Positions 12,963-26,014 of a stretch of 64,000 nt of DNA are shown piece after piece. How positions within the stretch are numbered: position 1 is the stretch's first letter; every line of letters begins with the position of its first letter. The stretch spans positions 7,874,001 to 7,938,000 of the forward strand of contig NC_135260.1 of the NCBI RefSeq assembly GCF_964204865.1, given 5' to 3'. The notes beneath the pieces were generated by a model. It made no database searches. It was not told the DNA's origin and was given only the letters and a program-made list of their open reading frames with translations. A program made the translations under genes and the position numbers. Origin of the DNA: Styela clava (Eukaryota).

Positions 12963-14494
12963 GTGGCCGTTCATGTCAACGAATTTTATAAAATTCGGGT
13001 CGAGGACACTAGGTGATAATAACATGTAAATGTTATACTTTATGATTCTTTCAATTTGGTGACGCTTCTTCCGAAAATACAAGATCAAAAGCAACATCAA
13101 ATACCAATTTAAAATGTAGTTCGTATTTTGTAAATAGGTAACAAAAATTGGGGTTTTGTTTCATAAAAATGATGTAATATAATATTATATCTACAGCATT
13201 TAGGTCATTTTACGTTCGATATTTATTCAAATTCAGATACAAACCCTGAGGCTAAAGATAACACCCTGGTGGAAACTGGACCGTAGCTAGAATGGTATCA
13301 GATACTGTGATCATCCTATTTGTGAAGTACGTAGGTCCTAACATGGTGTACATATATGTGCCTTTTTTTGGACCCGGGACATTTAAGGTCTCACGTGCGT
13401 TTTCGTTTTATTTCGAAACACCAATTTTCCTGAAAAAAAAACAGGTATTCGTATAATTGGCATTTTTTCCTCGTATATACCTGATTAATGACTTTTTACA
13501 AGCATCTAGCAGTGTAAAAAGTTTCTGCATCTCCCTACTCTAAACAAAGACACCCAGACTCCACATCATTGCCCCCTGACAACATGGTTATCAATATTAC
13601 AAAAGATAACTGTGTACATATTTACACACACAGGGATAGTTCTTAGCTACGATGCACGTTATCAATTTTCAGCGGTCGTCTAACGTCTAAAACAAGAACT
13701 GGTTCGCTGATTATCACGGGTTCGCGCGAATCCCCTGAATATCACCAATGGTCTAACACCATATACAGGCTTGCAACATCTTTTTAATTGACGAAGTGTG
13801 GAATCATACGTGAAGCAGTGATTCCCAACAACGGCTGATCCCTGATGTCTTAGTTAGGTTATAGGTCCTAGATTAGACTGATGGTGAACATTTTGCGAAA
13901 TTGCGGTTACGAAGATGAATGCTAATGTTTGATTATCATTCTATAATCCAATCAAACTTGAATAGTGCACAAATTGTACATCGATGAACCACCAGACATC
14001 CAGGAAATGAACTTAAAACGCACAGATACGTCACAGTATATTCTAAAAAAGCAAATAAACAAACGTACACGCGTTTGATAATGAGACTGTTGTTGCTTTT
14101 TATGCACCAATGCACTGAACTGTTCTGTGGTATTTTCTAAAACTACCCACATATGATGATTAATCGAAGCAATAAAAGGGTATGCAGTCTGGTTTAGTCT
14201 AATGTTAATCGGTAAGGAACAATGTATTTTTATTTTTTTTTATGAATTCATTGTGGGGTTCCGTTAATTATAGTCTACCTCATCAGAGGGATCGAATAAC
14301 GTTATTGTCTGGTTAGTGGCTTGCATTGCAACTGAATGAAAGACACGTCGTTGCCAAATAAACATGCCCAAAAGTTTCAGAAATCTAGGAAGCTTTGCAC
14401 AAAAATACATATTAAATTAAAATGATTAAACTTTCACCAAAATATGTTCAAAATTATTGAGTAACCCTAAAAGCTATAGAATAGGTATAAAAAG

Positions 14495-17374
14495 CTATAT
14501 GATTGAACTAGTTAATTTTGAAAATAAATCAAATCGCATTGGATATTCTTTGTCTAATAATATCTGATACCAAGTATATTCAGGATAGATCAATTCTTGA
14601 CAAGTTTCATTGTGAATAGCTTGATCGTTCAATTTATACTGAGCAATTTTTACTCCACGTGGATTGAACATCTTATATTTATGTTCCGTCAATTCTTTTC
14701 TGCCACATATGTTAGGGTCAACACAAAATCTGGTAACGCCGCTCTTTAAGGTTTGAAACATTTTTAAATCTTCCCTCATCCTTGATCTTCCATATTTTTT
14801 GACCCGTTGCCGGATTGTTTTATTAAAATGCTGATACACCGCAACATCAGCTTTATTCCACTGATATATTAGGTCGATGTCTTCTGAGGTCAAGTGCCTT
14901 ACCGTATTCCTTTCTCTTGCGTTTAAAGACAGATACACAATATCATTCATTTCCCAGCCAAGAAGATCTTTTAGTAATAGCAGTGAAGTATCAAAATATT
15001 CGGCAATCAAAACTAAGTCAAATTTATTTTCTATTATTGAGATTGATTCCGATATATATTCGTTGTCATCAGACAGGCTGTTGAATCCCAAATCAAAAAA
15101 TACATTATTTTTTCCGAAGCCCCAGAATTGCCCATCTTTAGGTCCTTTGAAATATCTGAAATGAAAATACATTCAAATATTCTGTTAACGGGATAAAAAT
15201 ATTGTGATATTGTGTGCCTGAAATGGCAAAAATAGTTCGAAAATCGTACATTTAAAATATTCATTTAAAAGTCACGAAATTATGGCCAATCGTTGCGGTA
15301 CTTTGAAAAATAGAGATTTTAAAGTTTTGAACGTGCTGAACATAAACTGTATATCTGTACTATTTGCGATCTCATCACCTACCTTGAGGGATTTGATAAA
15401 TATTCATTCATCGCGTGTTTATGTTTAACTCTTCCAAATGCAGCGTTTTTATGTTTAAAAAACTGAAACGCCGATTCAAATTGTGTTGCAGGTTCTCTGA
15501 GAATAGTAATGAACACTGAATCAGGTGGCAAAACTGAAGAAACCTGAAACATAAAGAATATTTGGCTTGAAAGTTGAATATCTTATTCGACTGGGCTGCA
15601 CAGCAGACGGAAATCTTATCAAGAAATCGCTAATTAAATACCTAAAAATTATTTTAGTATTTAGAACATTTTATTGCGATTAAACTTCGAACAATTCTTC
15701 TATACAGATTTGCAATACTTAAGTTCCATGGAAGTTTTTAAGAAGTTCTAATTTTAGAAATTAAGTTAGTTAGTTGATTTTCATGTGGATAAATTGAACT
15801 TTGAAGTTATCATATTTAAATGAGTAACCATGGATACCTGAAATCAGTCATTCGTTTCATTGTATATAGGCTATAAAGCAAGATTACATTTTTGCAAAAC
15901 CAATGTCAATAATACTTTCTTGTCGACATATCAAAGACATGCTGCGCAGAAAAAGTATAGAACCCTCTTCTTTTTAAGTCCATTGAAATAGTTTTAAAAA
16001 CTATATACAGTTTTTGTCTGTGTCCTGGGGAGCGCCTTCATCCGCTCATGATTAATGAAGTACAATAATTTAGTAAGTTTTCACCTGTTTGCCTACTCGA
16101 GTAAAAAGCCTATGCATATTCAATATAAGAATTGTTGCTTTTCGAACATAGCCATAGATAGCACAATTGTGATAGATTGGCAAAGGAACAGTGACCAAAC
16201 TCGAAACGGCCGAAACAAATGGGTAAGTTGCGATGCTGGGTAACAGTGGTGAATCAACAAAAAGACATCAGCGGAACCGCGTCCAAAAATGTTACCGATG
16301 GCTCTCGGAAAACTCCGATATTAATGCTTTGCGACTACTAACCAAAATCAAAGTTTTCAATTCAATGATTGACCCATGATACTGAAACGTTAAACTTTGC
16401 TCTGATTGATCCAATATTCAATCAAAACGAATAATCACCTCTTCGTAATCAAAAACCATGTGATGAAGTAACATGTTAACTTTTCCCGACTCTGGTAAAG
16501 GAAACATCATCGACGGTGTAAATGAAGCTCCGGAATACATTCCGAATATGTGTCCCAACTGTGGTAGCCCGACGAAACGATCATTATTGTACGCATAACG
16601 AATGAGTATGTTTTGTAGAGTAGAACTTGCTGTTTTATGAGTTTTTAAAAACATAATATTCTGTTTCTGTTTAATCGATTTGGTCCGTTGCATTTGGCAA
16701 GCTGGGTTGCATATGGTTTCTCTGAAAAAAATTGGAGCTGTGTATATCGTAATGCAGTACAAAACAGAAAAGATATATATTTCCCTTTTTCTCTTCAAAT
16801 TGGGAATATGTTTAGTTTCATACATCGTATTGACTGCAAGTTGTCATAATTTTGGTTATAAAAAGTTTTGTATGAAAGAAAGATTGTTTTTCCTACAACC
16901 GAAATTTACTGAACACTTTACTCACTCATCGTAAAACATTTATCAGTAGTGTGGCTTACAAATGAACAATCTAGGAACGGACGATTCGTACTTGTTGAAT
17001 AAATGGCTACACTTCATGTATAATTTGAAATTAGCAAAATTTTCTTTTACAATTTTTATTTCACAATTTAACAAAAGTGTAACCTTCGTGGCAAGTAACA
17101 TGACAAAGTCGTTTACATTGATAATCAATTTATGTCTGAGTACTTACTATACAGAAAAACTAACTTATTCATGAAAATAACAAAGTTATATATATATACA
17201 TGTATTATTGTCAATCGTCAAAAAGTTTTATTTTTAATTCCCACTTTGCTTCGCAACCTACCTGTTGGACGGTTGACCATACAGATTTTTCCTATTTTCA
17301 GTAATAATCATCGAAATTATGAACAATGTTAAAACCGAAATACTTGGTAGAAAATATTTCTTATGCGTCATCAT
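14495..17374 (-). CDS. GAL3ST: Galactose-3-O-sulfotransferase (GAL3ST family); exons 17374-17262, 16721-16439, 15543-15383, 15155-14495, ~405 aa
   Basis: Type II transmembrane N-terminus, PAPS motif FLKTHKTASST, FITILREP..QFES.F, FDLVLIAEYFD.SL.LLK and WN.AD..Y..FN. All three GT-AG introns are phase-compatible. An alternative in-frame ATG lies at 17440. Confidence 0.9.
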
Positions 17375-17669
17375 CAGATAGAATAGATTCAAACTATTTA
17401 GTAAAAATATGCCTGGTCTGTATACTGTATTTATATTCATCTATAATATAATAACTAATTAACTATTCTACTTCTTATTTTTAGTTGAAAGACTTTCAAG
17501 AGCAGTGGTCGGCAAAGTTTTTAAGTGAGGCCCAAATAGTGAAATGGAATATATTTCAAGACCCAACAATTTCGTTGGAAATTTCAAAGTTGACCATGTA
17601 ATGAACTTTATTAGGGAATATTTAATTTGTAATTAAAACTAGTGCGAACGTTGCGATACAAAGATTAAA

Positions 17670-17907
17670 CGGGGCTCCCGAAGTATGCGAACCAAGATGG
17701 CGGACATCGGAACGTAACATTGGTAACAGGTTAGGGTTAGGCGATAATTTTTTTCCAATTTTCCTTATTTTAGTCCTATTATCAGTTCGAAGACTAGCCA
17801 AGAGCCTCCCGTAGTATTTATGCCTAAAATTATGACCTAACCCTAACCTAGTACACATATTACATTGCGATGTCCGCCATCTTGGTCCGCATACTTCGGG
17901 AGCCCCG
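17670..17907. mobile_element. Young fold-back MITE with 40-bp TIRs, CAAGATGGCG and telomere-like GGTTAGGGTTAGG
   Basis: TIR cggggctcccgaagtatgcg(a/g)accaagatggcggacatcg with 1 mismatch, flanked by ttaa-containing sequence on both sides. Confidence 0.85.
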
Positions 17908-19314
17908 ATTAACAATCGAACGTAGCGGTACCAGTGGTTTGCTTGTGTAATTTCAATGACTCCGTAAAATAACCAGATACGTAAGAATGAACATACCAGA
18001 ATAGTTGCAATGCCAGTATCGTTTGATGATATGAACAAAAAACATTTGCCAAAAAAAAAATTATACTTGCAATGTTTGATTTATAGCTTTTTATGTATCA
18101 CTGCCATAATTGAAATTTATTGAAGGCTAAAAAAGTGCTCGATGGCCGACGGCTCACTGTTCGTCGGCCATTGTTCGGGAGCAAGGGTTGTGCAACCTTT
18201 ATTACAGTAGGGCAAAATACAAATAACTGGGTAAAACCGCAGGCACAAATATTTTGGTTAATGACCTTGGCATGCGTTGTTCACTTCGCATGTTGTCTGT
18301 GTTAGCCAAGTGAATATACCCCCTGCCCCTAGGCCTCAGTCCCTTTACACAATTTGATGTAAAATAGGCGAAAAACATTAGTTACCTCCATATTGGCAGT
18401 TGGTACACATGCTTCTGGAGCGCCCTAATAACGACCACTTTACTTTGGTTGTTAATCTCACTTCAGCTTACAATGTTCCAAAAATATTGCCAAATCATTC
18501 TGTTCTAAACCATTCGAATTCAGCTCTCGACTTTTTTTATGCAACTATACCTGTGCAAAGTTAAAACATGTTTATATTCACATATTCCTATACCACTAGG
18601 AAATTGTTGAGAATTTAATGAGCATATATATATCCTGAGTCATCCTACGATAATACCAGACTTGAATTGGCATACTTACAAAACATTATCACTTTACCCT
18701 TCTTACTCGTCTTCGGTTTAAATGATTGCACTGACGACATAACCGTACGTAACGTATTACGCAATATACGTATATATCAAAAAAAGATAACTTCATAATT
18801 GACTTTTGTCTATAAGCTGGTATAGGCAAATAACTATGTTGTTAATAAAAGTCGTATTGATGACTGTTTATAATTTGGTTGACAAAATAATAAACATCTC
18901 TCGCTCTCTCAAGGCGATTATAGCCGCTGTCGTTTCCCTATTTTAAATTTTTGAAGCACTAACCTCAGCTGTATGTTTTTGCGCGACGCCGAGATGAATC
19001 AATATCTTATAATGAGGTAATAATTAACAAAATTTTAACGATCGTTTCACGCCCCTGGTTTAGGGCATCCGAAGTTTTACAGAGTTTTAGCATTTAAATC
19101 AATGTGCTTAATCTCTCAAATAAATTAGATTATCCTCAACGAAATAATATAATTATATATAACTCAACCAGGGGCTTCCCATTTGTATTATTCCAAATCA
19201 CAAAAATGTGATATCACTCGTGAGGATGTTTCAATTTGATGATGTTTCCAAAAAGATGGAACACTGAACATGAGTTTGAAAGTAAGTAGTGGTGCATTTT
19301 CGCTTCGGGAAATT

Positions 19315-20294
19315 CAGGGTTACCTAGAACAGGGCTACTCAACTGGCGGACCGCGGCCCAAAACGGACCTTTCGGGTATTCTATTCGGACCGCGCATAAT
19401 TCTTTATTTTGGATCCTAAGCCCCACTTTTGATATTTTCTTTTATAAAATCACTTTTATAGATTTAAAAATATATATGAAAGAACTATAACGTCATAACA
19501 AACTATCTTGATTAGCTAAGAATCATTAGTCGGCCGGGGGATTGCATGTTTAAAGGATGCCGAAATTTAATTTCTGGAAAGTCCGAACCCAAATATTTTT
19601 GAAGTTTTGTATGCGGACCTTCGGTAAAAATATTTTTGAGTAACCCTGATCTAGAAAACGGAGACCAAAAATTTCTTTATTATCTCCAAAAATAATTATT
19701 TAATTTTATTTGCGCTTGAATTTCTGTTTGCGTATGATTATACTCAAAAATTTCAATCACTCACTTGGTTTTCTGCTGAAGCGCACCTTCTGCTATCAGG
19801 ACATGGAAATGAAAAAGTTCGAACGGTGAATACAGAACATTACCTGTTTGTGCCGAGACCAGCAGTAATTAGTTTGTGATCAGCAGTGGTTCAAGCATGA
19901 CGAGGTGGACCCCCATATTCTGAGAGAGAAATTAGCAGTGACATCCAGTGGGCATCTCAATTATCGGACTGAAACCTCTCAAATTTCGATATTTATGGAG
20001 TTCGAAGGACAATTAGTATCAGAACAATTCTCAAACGATTGGTGAACTCAAGGCTGCAATTGCAGAAATAAAATAGAGAAATACCCAAAGAAAAGTGATT
20101 GACAATGTTGCAAAAAAATGAGGAGGGCATTTAGAACATTATTCTAGAAACAACATAATTTTTGTGCAAAACGTCCTAGATTTTCCGACACTTACGCAAA
20201 CAGAAGTTCAAGTGTAGACAAAATTAAATAATTCACTCCATTTTCGTATAAATAATCGAGAAATTGATGTTCTCGTTTTTTGGGGACCACGCTG
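19315..20294 (+). mobile_element. Degenerate Tc1/mariner element
   Basis: Relic motifs QQWFKHDE (cf. WFQQDGA), DLxPLxF..LW and TIGELKAAI at ~19880-20065. The right TIR ends ...ccacgctg|ta; the left TIR cagggtt... is split by a nested MITE. Confidence 0.6.
19330..19648. mobile_element. hAT MITE nested in the mariner TIR
   Basis: Termini cagggctactcaa / ttgagtaaccctg; TSD acctagaa/atctagaa. Confidence 0.75.
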
Positions 20295-20328
20295 TATAAT
20301 ACTGTTTTTAATATGAATCGGTTAAACA

Positions 20329-22157
20329 TAGGCTTACCATATATCTGAAACAAAAAACCGGGACGGTGCGATTTGGCAAACATTCGGTCGATTGCCAGTC
20401 TTGATAATATTGGAACGTCTACCATGCCATTGCGGGTATATATTGCTGTATATCTCTACTGACCATTGAATTGGAAAAAACACAAAAAATTAGTTTGTAT
20501 TATTCATTTAGACCAAAAGTATTTGTCCGCAGATGGAACCTTTCTCAAAAATTCTTGTTTTGATTTTGTCATAAAACTGATAACAAGAGACATCACCATT
20601 AAATTTGCAGGTTACGGGTGGTTTTATATTTTCTTCTGGCATTCTGCACCTGCTTTCGGACCAAAATTTTTTAACACTGGAAAAAATAAATCCTGTTAGC
20701 AGATGCCGATGTTCCGAAAAACAAAATCAACCAATTTGCTGCAAATTCGAAATGCTAATATTTCTGTTAGAAAAAACGTTAAACATCTCTGTCCACTTAA
20801 TTTCAACCGGCAAAGTGAGTCAAATTGCATTTGAACCATGCTCGGATAAATATATCTTTATCAGTATTCGTCGAAAAGTGCATCGCTATTCAAAACCTGA
20901 TCAGCTAACCAAACATATCATTTATCAATTTTGCAGACCAAACACTTCAGTCCAGTTTATTTCACTCTTCAAATTTGTCCATATGTGTGGCCTGGCAGCA
21001 TTGTAGGCTTCATCGTGCAGCTCTATATACGATAGACATTTCTCGTAAAAATCGCAAACATTCTTTTTAAATACAAATTTTTTCCCTGCAAATTTAGCTT
21101 CACCTCTGACAGAATATTTGCAACATCTACGGCAGGGGTCGGCAACCTTTTGTCGCCCGCGGGCCAAAATTAAGGGTTGCAAGTCCTTGGCGGGCCGCAC
21201 ATATTTTTAGAAAGTTGAAACTGAACGGATGATACTTTTTATATTAAAAATCAAGCAGTGATACATCTCTCGAATAGAATATAGATTTATTTCCTCATTG
21301 CGTCTCAAAAAATTCCATTTGAATATTTTCAGCGCCATTGAACCCTTTGCACTTAGCATCAACTTTTCTTCGTTTTGTTGCCATTCGAGCTTGAAGTAAA
21401 TCATCATTAAATTCAGAGGAGAACAGCGGAGCAATGCACCGACTCTCATTTATTTCTGGCTAAACGTGCAAAATCAGCGAATCCGCTTATCAGACAGCGG
21501 ACATCAGAAATTCTAATTGTGTATATTTACAAGTTAATGCAAATTTAGCCTCAAAAAAATTTGAAATTAATTTAGAGGTGCAGTCAAAACTTTGGTCCTG
21601 AATAGCAGTGTGATAGGTAAATGTCGGCTGCCAACGACACAGAATCATCCGAATTTGTTATCGCAAAATTGGTCAGTCGAGTCGATGCCTCAATGTTTTG
21701 TGCTTCCTGCTTTGGATATGATCGTTGACATCTGAACGTCCGCCATTACTAATAGAAAAACAGATCTGCAATGCGTACAGTGTACCTTTCCTCCTTCAGT
21801 TTGCTTCAAATAAGGTAAATCTTTCTTCAACTCATCAGAAAACTCGTACTTTCTTTTTGGCATTTCGACAACTTAACGACATTGCAGTTAACGCCAGAAA
21901 ACGCATTAGAACATATACCAATTGTGACATAACAATAGAGCGATTTCTCTCTCTCTGAACTAGCAAAGTGTGTCGCAAAACAGTGGTAAATGGGCTGTTA
22001 CCGTTAAAAAAAAAATTGTAATAATAATGAATTTGAATTTTTCACCCATGAAAACCGTGCTGACAAACCGGGACATTTGAGTCAACCGGTCGGGACGCCG
22101 GGACAGCTTGTCAAATCCGGGACTGTCCCGGCTAAACCGGGACGTATGGTAAGCCTA
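20329..22157 (-). mobile_element. Internally deleted hAT transposon with transposase relics
   Basis: TIR taggcttaccata / tatggtaagccta and perfect 8-bp TSD gttaaaca. The minus strand from ~21863 reads MPKRKYEFSDELKKDLPYLKQTEGGKVHCTHCRSVF (zinc-finger N-terminus). Also gggac subterminal repeats and a nested caggggtcggcaacc MITE end at ~21133. Confidence 0.85.
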
Positions 22158-23177
22158 GTTAAACATGCTGCCTAAGTAACTGTATTCGATATTTTGAACT
22201 CATGCAACACAAATGATAAACCGATATTAAACAATGTCAGACACAACATGATATAACAACAGGCTATTTCTTTGTCAATTTATGTATTACTTATGTAGCC
22301 TTATTATACAATAGCCCAAGAAATAAAAATGATTCAGGTAAATCGCAACATGGAGATGGTCCTATCTGGCGTACGTCAGCTCAATCAGATGCCCTCACAT
22401 TTTGCTCTCAACAAAATCAAAAATATAACATAAGGGTGTTGTACTTACACTACCGCTTCAAAGTACCATAGAACCCGACAGTAAAATGGAGCTGTTATTC
22501 AAAACAGTACAACGAAACATGCAGGGTGAAAGAAGCGTATACCGTATGCGCTATGTATTATTGTGAAACAATGCTGATTTAAAAAAGTCATAATACCTAT
22601 TCTACGTTGAGCGAGAAATTTCCAACACCGAAATCACAAGCAAACTAGTTTGAACCAAAACATAGAAGTAAATAGCATAAAATATCATACATCTTGTGAG
22701 CTCCCGTATTGATGTTAGCGCCCCCCCCCCCCCCCCCAATTTGACAGCCAGAGCCCAGAATTGTCATCAGCGCCTCCCAAGTTATTGCAAACCATGGAGG
22801 CGTTTTCGCCCACTTTGGGAACCGCTGGTCTAAGCTCTGAAATCCGTGCTACGAAAAGTCTTATCCGCTCGGGTTAAAAATATTTGGCCAAATTCTTCAA
22901 CTCTCGATAGGAATAAAATACGGTTACAGGGAAAACATCCAATACATTCATTGCGTTAAATATTGTTAATATTACCATATCCAGCGTTATCTTCTCAGTA
23001 TCACAAAATCCCTTAATGGTCATTTGATATGGATGGAAGTAACTCGCTGCGATAAATTTTGTCAACTTTTACGATGTAACGAACTACAAGGTCATTTTCA
23101 GATGAAAAAGTTAAGGGAATGTAAGTACTATAGCATCTGAGTAATCGCACCAAATATACTTGAAATGTATGTTTCGC

Positions 23178-23381
23178 CGGTTCCATTACATTTGAACCCA
23201 CGTACATTTGAACCCATGACAATTGCACCTGTATGCTATTGCACCTATGGAATTTTTTTTGTTTCACGGATAGTTAAACCCATACTAACCCTAACCCATG
23301 GGTTTTAGCACCCGCATATAGATTGAACCCGTGGATATACGCATGGGTTCAAATGTACATGGGTTCAAATGTACGGTCACC
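23178..23381. mobile_element. Palindromic MITE (CGG..TACATTTGAACCC TIR), copy 2
   Basis: Same TIR with duplicated subterminal units and central ctaaccctaaccc. Confidence 0.7.
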
Positions 23382-26014
23382 GTTTCGCCGAATATAACTT
23401 CATCAAAATGATGTCCCAACTGAGTTTATTCGTTGTGACATACATAGAATGCATTAAATTTTTCGTCACTTTTGCCTGAAATATCGTCCAAACAGAAGAT
23501 GAAACAAGTTGAATACAAAGCCAATGGTGTTTGCATTGGTGTTTACTCGAGACTTTCATTTACAGGAGAGGTGCGGAATGCAAATATTACAGTCTAAAAT
23601 ATATATTGTGAAACCAGACGGAGGCTTTACAATAGCAAAACCCTGACAGCATTCCCCACTCAATTACGTTTTTACTCAATCTAGTCTAGCCAAAGGAAAT
23701 TTCAATACACCGGATGCACACTCAAGTGTTTTTAATAGTCCTAATATTGAATGCAAAAAAAAACTTATTATATATAAGACGACCATGCAAATAGCTCTCT
23801 GGAAACAATTCACCAGTGAAGTCAATATTGATGAAAATCAAGAGAAGAATTTATAATTTCATAAGCAATAAATTTCGTTCGGTGTTAGTTGTATCTTAGT
23901 AAAGGTAAAGAAAAAAATCTTCCTGGATCAGCCGATCAGGTAATCCATAATGGAATTTGCCCAAATCGGTTACATGAACCACCATGTCTGTGATCGTACA
24001 GGAAAGATTCTTGCACATAATTACTTCATAATTAGGCATGTTATTATTCTATGAACAGTACTCAGTAAATTTCAAGACTACTGGTACTCAGCGTCTACGC
24101 AATAACAAAAAAATATTCCTGAGCAACGCAGATATGAAGTCCAGGCCAGAAATAACGAATACAATTTTGAACTATTTAAAATAGTTGAATCAGTCTTAAT
24201 TTGCTACTAATCGTTTTATAATACAAAATCAAATGAAGATTGTAATCGAACTTTAAATATCAAATATTGTGGGCTATGCAAAATGGAAATAGCGCTAGAG
24301 AGAAATGCTTGAACCAGACAAAGTTTAAAAAAGTTGTTTTGGAACGGTGAGCAGTGTAAAAATGATTACAATTGCATTAAAATTTCATGATTTAGTTTTA
24401 AAATCAATAGTTGTTAGCTATACACTGATAAATGTACATGTCACATATTTTCTGAAATGTTAAGGATGCGATGCATTGACAATGTACTATGAAAATAGTG
24501 CTTCAAAACAATCAACAGTTGTCAATATAAGCATCTAAAGTTATCAATTCTTGAATAAATATACACTCAAGGACAATTTATAACAATGAAAAAGCGAGCA
24601 GGCTGCAATCTTTTCCATAAGTGAAGATATAAACTAAAATTTTGGAAGATAAATCTAAACCACTATCTTAGTTATTGGAATAATGTTTCAAATTAGCCTG
24701 CTATTTATATCTTGAACTATGGCTACATGCTTATACATTCCAAAGTCCATATTTTGACAAATAGCAAAAAAATGTTAGGAATATCACGCTACTGGAGTTA
24801 TCACACGTTTAAAGTTAGGAGTCAACCTTTATAAACTAAATATATTAATAATTCATATTGATCATTGAATCGATTGATTATCTGACTCTGTGAACTGGCA
24901 TTAGTTCAGAATGACAAACTAGCAAGGTACAAATTGACCAAATAAAAAACAATACCCATAATGGTTATTATTAATTCCACAAAAATTTATTAATACTTGA
25001 ACTTCGTTTGTGTATGGTTGATTGATTGTACCTAAAAGTTTCAATAATATAGGACGCTTTGCACAAAAGTTATGTTCTCACCAGAATAGGTACTAAATAA
25101 TCTACATTCTGTATTCGTTGGGTCACCCTGAAGCAAGGTTAATACACTACCCTTTTTTGTTTGTATTTAGTATTACAGAACGAAATTCATACAACGTTGA
25201 CATATATTTAAATTAATTTTGTAATAGACCAAGTCTTACAAAACCTTCGATATACGGTATATATAAACAGAGTCATGTTGGCGGCTGCTATATCCAAATA
25301 ATTTATAGGACATATTTGAATAATGATTTATGGCTGAATAATAATTTGGGAAATTTATTGAGCAGATAATATGTATATATAGAAACATATATTTCTCAAT
25401 TTTTACCAGTGGAAATATTACAATATTTAAATTAAAACTCCAAGGTAATTAACATTATTTTAATAATCCAAATATTCACACAACAGAAACTTCAAAATGC
25501 AGAAGGTAAGCATAAAAGAAAAATGTACCATGGCATGGATTTTACTATATAAATTCAAACCCATATTGGAACCCACCTACCCCACAGAATTTTTTCTATA
25601 TATTCGGATTACACACAGAAATCTAGTAATTGGTTTAAACTAAAATTATCATGAAGGATAGAGTGTATGAGTGTGTAGGGTGTTATTATGTTGAACTTTT
25701 GACATTACGAACATATTACTATGCGAGGACTTTCTCAAATTTCCCAAGAACATAATATATAGTCAACTATCAGATAATAAGTTGAGGAAAGATGTAAAAG
25801 ATAGGTCCATGCACATGATACAGTGTTTCCAAAATTTCCTGCAAGCATACAAAATTATAATGTGCAATGCAAAAAAACAATAATAAGGTAACAATTCATC
25901 ATGTACAAAAATCATAATTAGACTAGATTACAGGATGTTTCTGAATGACACAGTTTCATCAAAAAAGTTTAAAGAAGTTATTTACTGTGTTTCATACTCA
26001 GTAAAGAGTTCTCA

